Source: an uncultured Actinomycetes bacterium (GTDB lineage: Bacteria > Actinomycetota > Thermoleophilia > Gaiellales > Gaiellaceae). From it: a stretch of DNA of 64,000 bases. Shown one piece after another: positions 62,017 through 64,000 of this stretch (the stretch's first letter is position 1; every line of letters starts with the position of its first letter). The translations under genes and the position numbers were made by a program. Where the stretch lies: contig CAVVCN010000002.1 in the NCBI GenBank assembly GCA_963746765.1, forward strand, positions 139,362 to 203,361. The letters are read 5' to 3'. The notes beneath the pieces were generated by a model, which saw only the letters and a list, made by a program, of their open reading frames with translations, was not told the DNA's origin and searched no databases.

Positions 62017-62571
62017 TCACCGGGCGAACGAGACGTCGGGCACGGCCGTATCGCCCTGCGCGGAGAAGAACTCGCGCTCGCGGAATCGGAACAACCCGGC
62101 GAGCAGCAGCCACGGGAAGCTCTGCACGGCGGTGTTGAAGTGCATGACCGTCGAGTTGTAGTAGCGGCGCGCGGCGCTGATCTTGTCCTCGGTGTCCGTC
62201 AGGTCCTCCTGGAGGCGGAGGAAGTTCTCGGACGCCTTGAGCTCGGGATACGCCTCGGCGACCGCGAAAAGCCTGCCGAGAGCGGCGGTCAGGATGTCGT
62301 TCGCCTCGGCCGCGATCCCCGGCGAGCCCGCCTGCTGCACCGCCGCGCGCGCTCGAGTCACCTCCTCGAAGACTCCGCGCTCGTGCGCCGCGTAGCCCTT
62401 CACCGCTTCGACGAGATTCGGGATCAGGTCGGTGCGACGCTGGAGCTGCACCTCGATGTTCGCCCAGCCCGTGTCGACCTCGTTCCGCAGCCGGACGAGC
62501 CGGTTGTACCCGAGCACGGCGACGACGAGCAGCAAGGCGAGGACGCCGAGGAGGATCCAGAGCCAGAGCAC
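62017..62571 (-). CDS. lemA: LemA family protein
   Basis: N-terminal TM helix, then YNRLVRLRNEVDTGWANIEVQLQRRTDLIPNLVE...AEAYPELKA...RRYYN. Confidence 0.9.
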   Translation of the reverse strand: MLWLWILLGVLALLLVVAVLGYNRLVRLRNEVDTGWANIEVQLQRRTDLIPNLVEAVKGYAAHERGVFEEVTRARAAVQQAGSPGIAAEANDILTAALGRLFAVAEAYPELKASENFLRLQEDLTDTEDKISAARRYYNSTVMHFNTAVQSFPWLLLAGLFRFREREFFSAQGDTAVPDVSFAR

Positions 62572-62583
62572 CGCGCGCTGAAC

Positions 62584-63255
62584 CTACTTCACGTCGAGCG
62601 CGGCTGCGAGCGCCGAGCGACCGTCGGCCAGCACGGGGTCGCCGTGCGACACGAGCACACGCTCGACGGGAAGGTCGAGCAGCGGTCGGAGCGACTCTGC
62701 GAGCTTCGCGTGGTCGACCTTCTCGGGGAGCCAGGACGCGGGGCACATGCGGATGCCGCCCTCGCCGTCCCCGACGAGCACGTCACCGGGGACGAGGGTC
62801 TTGTGCGCGGGCAGCCAGTAGACGACCTCGGCCGCACGCGCGGTGCGAAGCGCCTGGATGCCGCCGGGCAGGGCGTCATCCGGGCGAAAAGCGTCGGTGA
62901 CGGTGCCGGCGCGCCGCTCGATCGCCGTGCGCCCGCGAGCCGGCGCCCACACACGGGCGCGGTAGCGGTCGACCAGCTCGCGCGTATGCCGCGTGTGCCA
63001 GAAGACGGTGACGAGCACGTGCACGTTCCCGCCGGCGCGCTCGACGTCGCGGTCGAGGGACCGCCAGAACTGATCCCCGTCGTCCGGTGGCACGAGCGGG
63101 TCGACCAGCACGGCCCCGTCCGACGTCTCGACGTAGACCGAGCCGACGTCCTCCTGCCACTCGTCGTGCCATCCCGTCCAGCGCCAGAGACCGGGCGAGA
63201 CCTCCGCGACGTCCACGCGAGCACTGTAGTGCGAACCGCTCCCGTGCCAGCTCAC
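62584..63255 (-). CDS. MBL-fold metallo-hydrolase-like protein
   Basis: GTG start; VLVDPL...VLVTVFWHTRHTRE...VSHGDP topology. The histidine motif is non-canonical. Confidence 0.6.
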   Translation of the reverse strand: MSWHGSGSHYSARVDVAEVSPGLWRWTGWHDEWQEDVGSVYVETSDGAVLVDPLVPPDDGDQFWRSLDRDVERAGGNVHVLVTVFWHTRHTRELVDRYRARVWAPARGRTAIERRAGTVTDAFRPDDALPGGIQALRTARAAEVVYWLPAHKTLVPGDVLVGDGEGGIRMCPASWLPEKVDHAKLAESLRPLLDLPVERVLVSHGDPVLADGRSALAAALDVK

Positions 63256-63298
63256 GTATGTTCGAGTTCAGCAAGCGAACGAGCGGAGGGAGGCTCGC

Positions 63299-63724
63299 AT
63301 GCGCAAGACGATGTTCGCGCTCCTGCTCGGCCTGGCACTCGTCGCAGCCGTTGCGGCCGGGTGCGGGGGCGACGACGACAACGGGACCGCGACCGATACC
63401 GCGACGGAGACGGAGACGGGCGGGACGGTCGAGCCCGGCGCGACGCTCCTCGGCAGCGTCGGCCCCGGCTTCGAGATCAGCCTCACGACCGAGGCGGGCG
63501 AGGACGTGACGTCGATCCCGGCGGGCAGCTACACGATCGAGATCAACGACCAGGCCGCCGACCACAACTTCCACCTCACCGGGCCGGGCGGCATCGACAC
63601 GTCCACGACGGTCGAGGAGGTGGCCGAGGTCAGCTGGCCGGTGGAGCTGGAGGCGGGGACGTACGACTACGTCTGCGATCCGCACGCCAGCTCGATGAAC
63701 GGCAGCTTCGAGGTCACGGGATAG
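63299..63724 (+). CDS. cupredoxin (plastocyanin/azurin-like) copper-binding lipoprotein
   Basis: Lipobox VAAGC followed by GGDDD. Type-1 Cu ligand pattern HNFH ... CDPHASSM. Confidence 0.75.
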   Translation: MRKTMFALLLGLALVAAVAAGCGGDDDNGTATDTATETETGGTVEPGATLLGSVGPGFEISLTTEAGEDVTSIPAGSYTIEINDQAADHNFHLTGPGGIDTSTTVEEVAEVSWPVELEAGTYDYVCDPHASSMNGSFEVTG

Positions 63725-63739
63725 AGACGAGGTCGTCTC
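63724..63739 (+). terminator. short hairpin abutting the cupredoxin stop codon (weak terminator candidate)
   Basis: GAGACG-aggt-CGTCTC has a 6-bp stem and no U-tract. A second hairpin, CCGCGT-N9-ACGCGG, follows about 10 nt later. Confidence 0.25.
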
Positions 63740-63881
63740 GACTCCCCTTCCGCGTTGCCTTTGCACGCGGAACCGGATTATTCTCACCGGCGTGGACTCT
63801 GGACGTTGACCTTTTCTGTCGTGCCTGCGGGTCGCGTTCGTGTTCTGAGCTGTGTGATGCCCACGAAGGAGGAGAGATTCG

Positions 63882-64000
63882 ATGGCCCGTGATGCACGTT
63901 CGGCACGAAAGCTTTTCTGGCTTCTCGCCGTCGCCCTGGTAGCCGCGCTCTCGTTGGTCGCAGCCGGCTGCGGCGGTGACGACGACGAGGCCGGTGGGGA
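63882..64000 (+). CDS. lipoprotein, N-terminal fragment (continues beyond the window)
   Basis: ATG 63882 lies 8 nt after GGAGGAG. MARDARSARKLFWLLAVALVAALSLVAAGC lipobox followed by GGDDDE. Confidence 0.5.
   Translation, partial: MARDARSARKLFWLLAVALVAALSLVAAGCGGDDDEAGG

Noticed and set aside
61047-62571. The lemA-htpX pair as something unusual.
   Set aside because: This adjacency is a common, widely conserved arrangement, and both genes have canonical motifs.
1-64000. Mobile elements, CRISPR arrays, tRNA/rRNA genes and prophage or defence-island signatures.
   Set aside because: I found no transposase, integrase or recombinase motifs, and no terminal inverted repeats or direct-repeat arrays. 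There are no cloverleaf-capable GC-balanced segments of about 75 nt in the few intergenic gaps. There is no compositional break apart from short AT-rich promoter patches.

Overview
Very GC-rich, gene-dense chromosomal segment. Third codon positions are strongly G/C-biased, many starts are GTG, and many neighbouring genes overlap by 4 nt (ATGA/GTGA). It looks like a high-GC Actinomycetota genome, possibly Thermoleophilia- or Rubrobacteria-like, but that is inference from style only. I support about 75 protein-coding genes. I saw no rRNA, tRNA, CRISPR array, transposase, integrase or phage genes, so this reads as metabolic and regulatory chromosome rather than a mobile island.

Content in order:
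- 2-14846: a 17-gene co-directional string. It holds SSADH-like ALDH, NIPSNAP, SDR, a secreted tandem-VOC protein, cupin, a ThDP enzyme, RidA, amidase, a META lipoprotein, a Liv-type ABC transporter, a PD40 propeller lipoprotein and a quinone oxidoreductase.
- 14831-19808: a sugar/inositol-like block with an RraA-type aldolase, an unknown TIM-barrel-like protein, a frameshifted FAH hydrolase, a frameshifted GntR regulator, a Gfo/Idh/MocA oxidoreductase and a xylose-isomerase-fold protein.
- 19819-22726: zur-znuACB with a Zur-box-like site.
- 23051-27035: a minus-strand operon of SDR, archaeal-type KdaD-like dehydratase, 2,5-dioxopentanoate-type ALDH and an epimerase.
- 27112-29764: a B12-dependent diol/glycerol dehydratase with the small subunit encoded first and the large and medium subunits fused. 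No reactivase or microcompartment genes are nearby.
- 29867-33417: a heme/siderophore/cobalamin-type ABC importer.
- 33458-38001: redoxins, tautomerases, VOC proteins and an M20 peptidase.
- 38478-40142 and 58113-60962: two inverted paralogues of a divergent adenylate-forming (ANL) enzyme with proline-rich tails. One lacks the C-terminal subdomain and is membrane-tethered.
- Between the paralogues: many regulators (LuxR-hydrolase fusion, TetR, MerR, LacI, CarD, and an ECF41 sigma factor with exact TGTCACA-N16-CGTC promoter geometry). Also here is a four-gene xanthine-dehydrogenase-family enzyme with a naturally split large subunit, plus CoxD/CoxE-like maturation genes.
- 61047-64000: htpX-lemA, an MBL-fold protein and cupredoxin lipoproteins.

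At least five frameshifts interrupt three otherwise recognisable genes. Three of them sit at GGG runs, so sequencing error must be excluded before calling decay.
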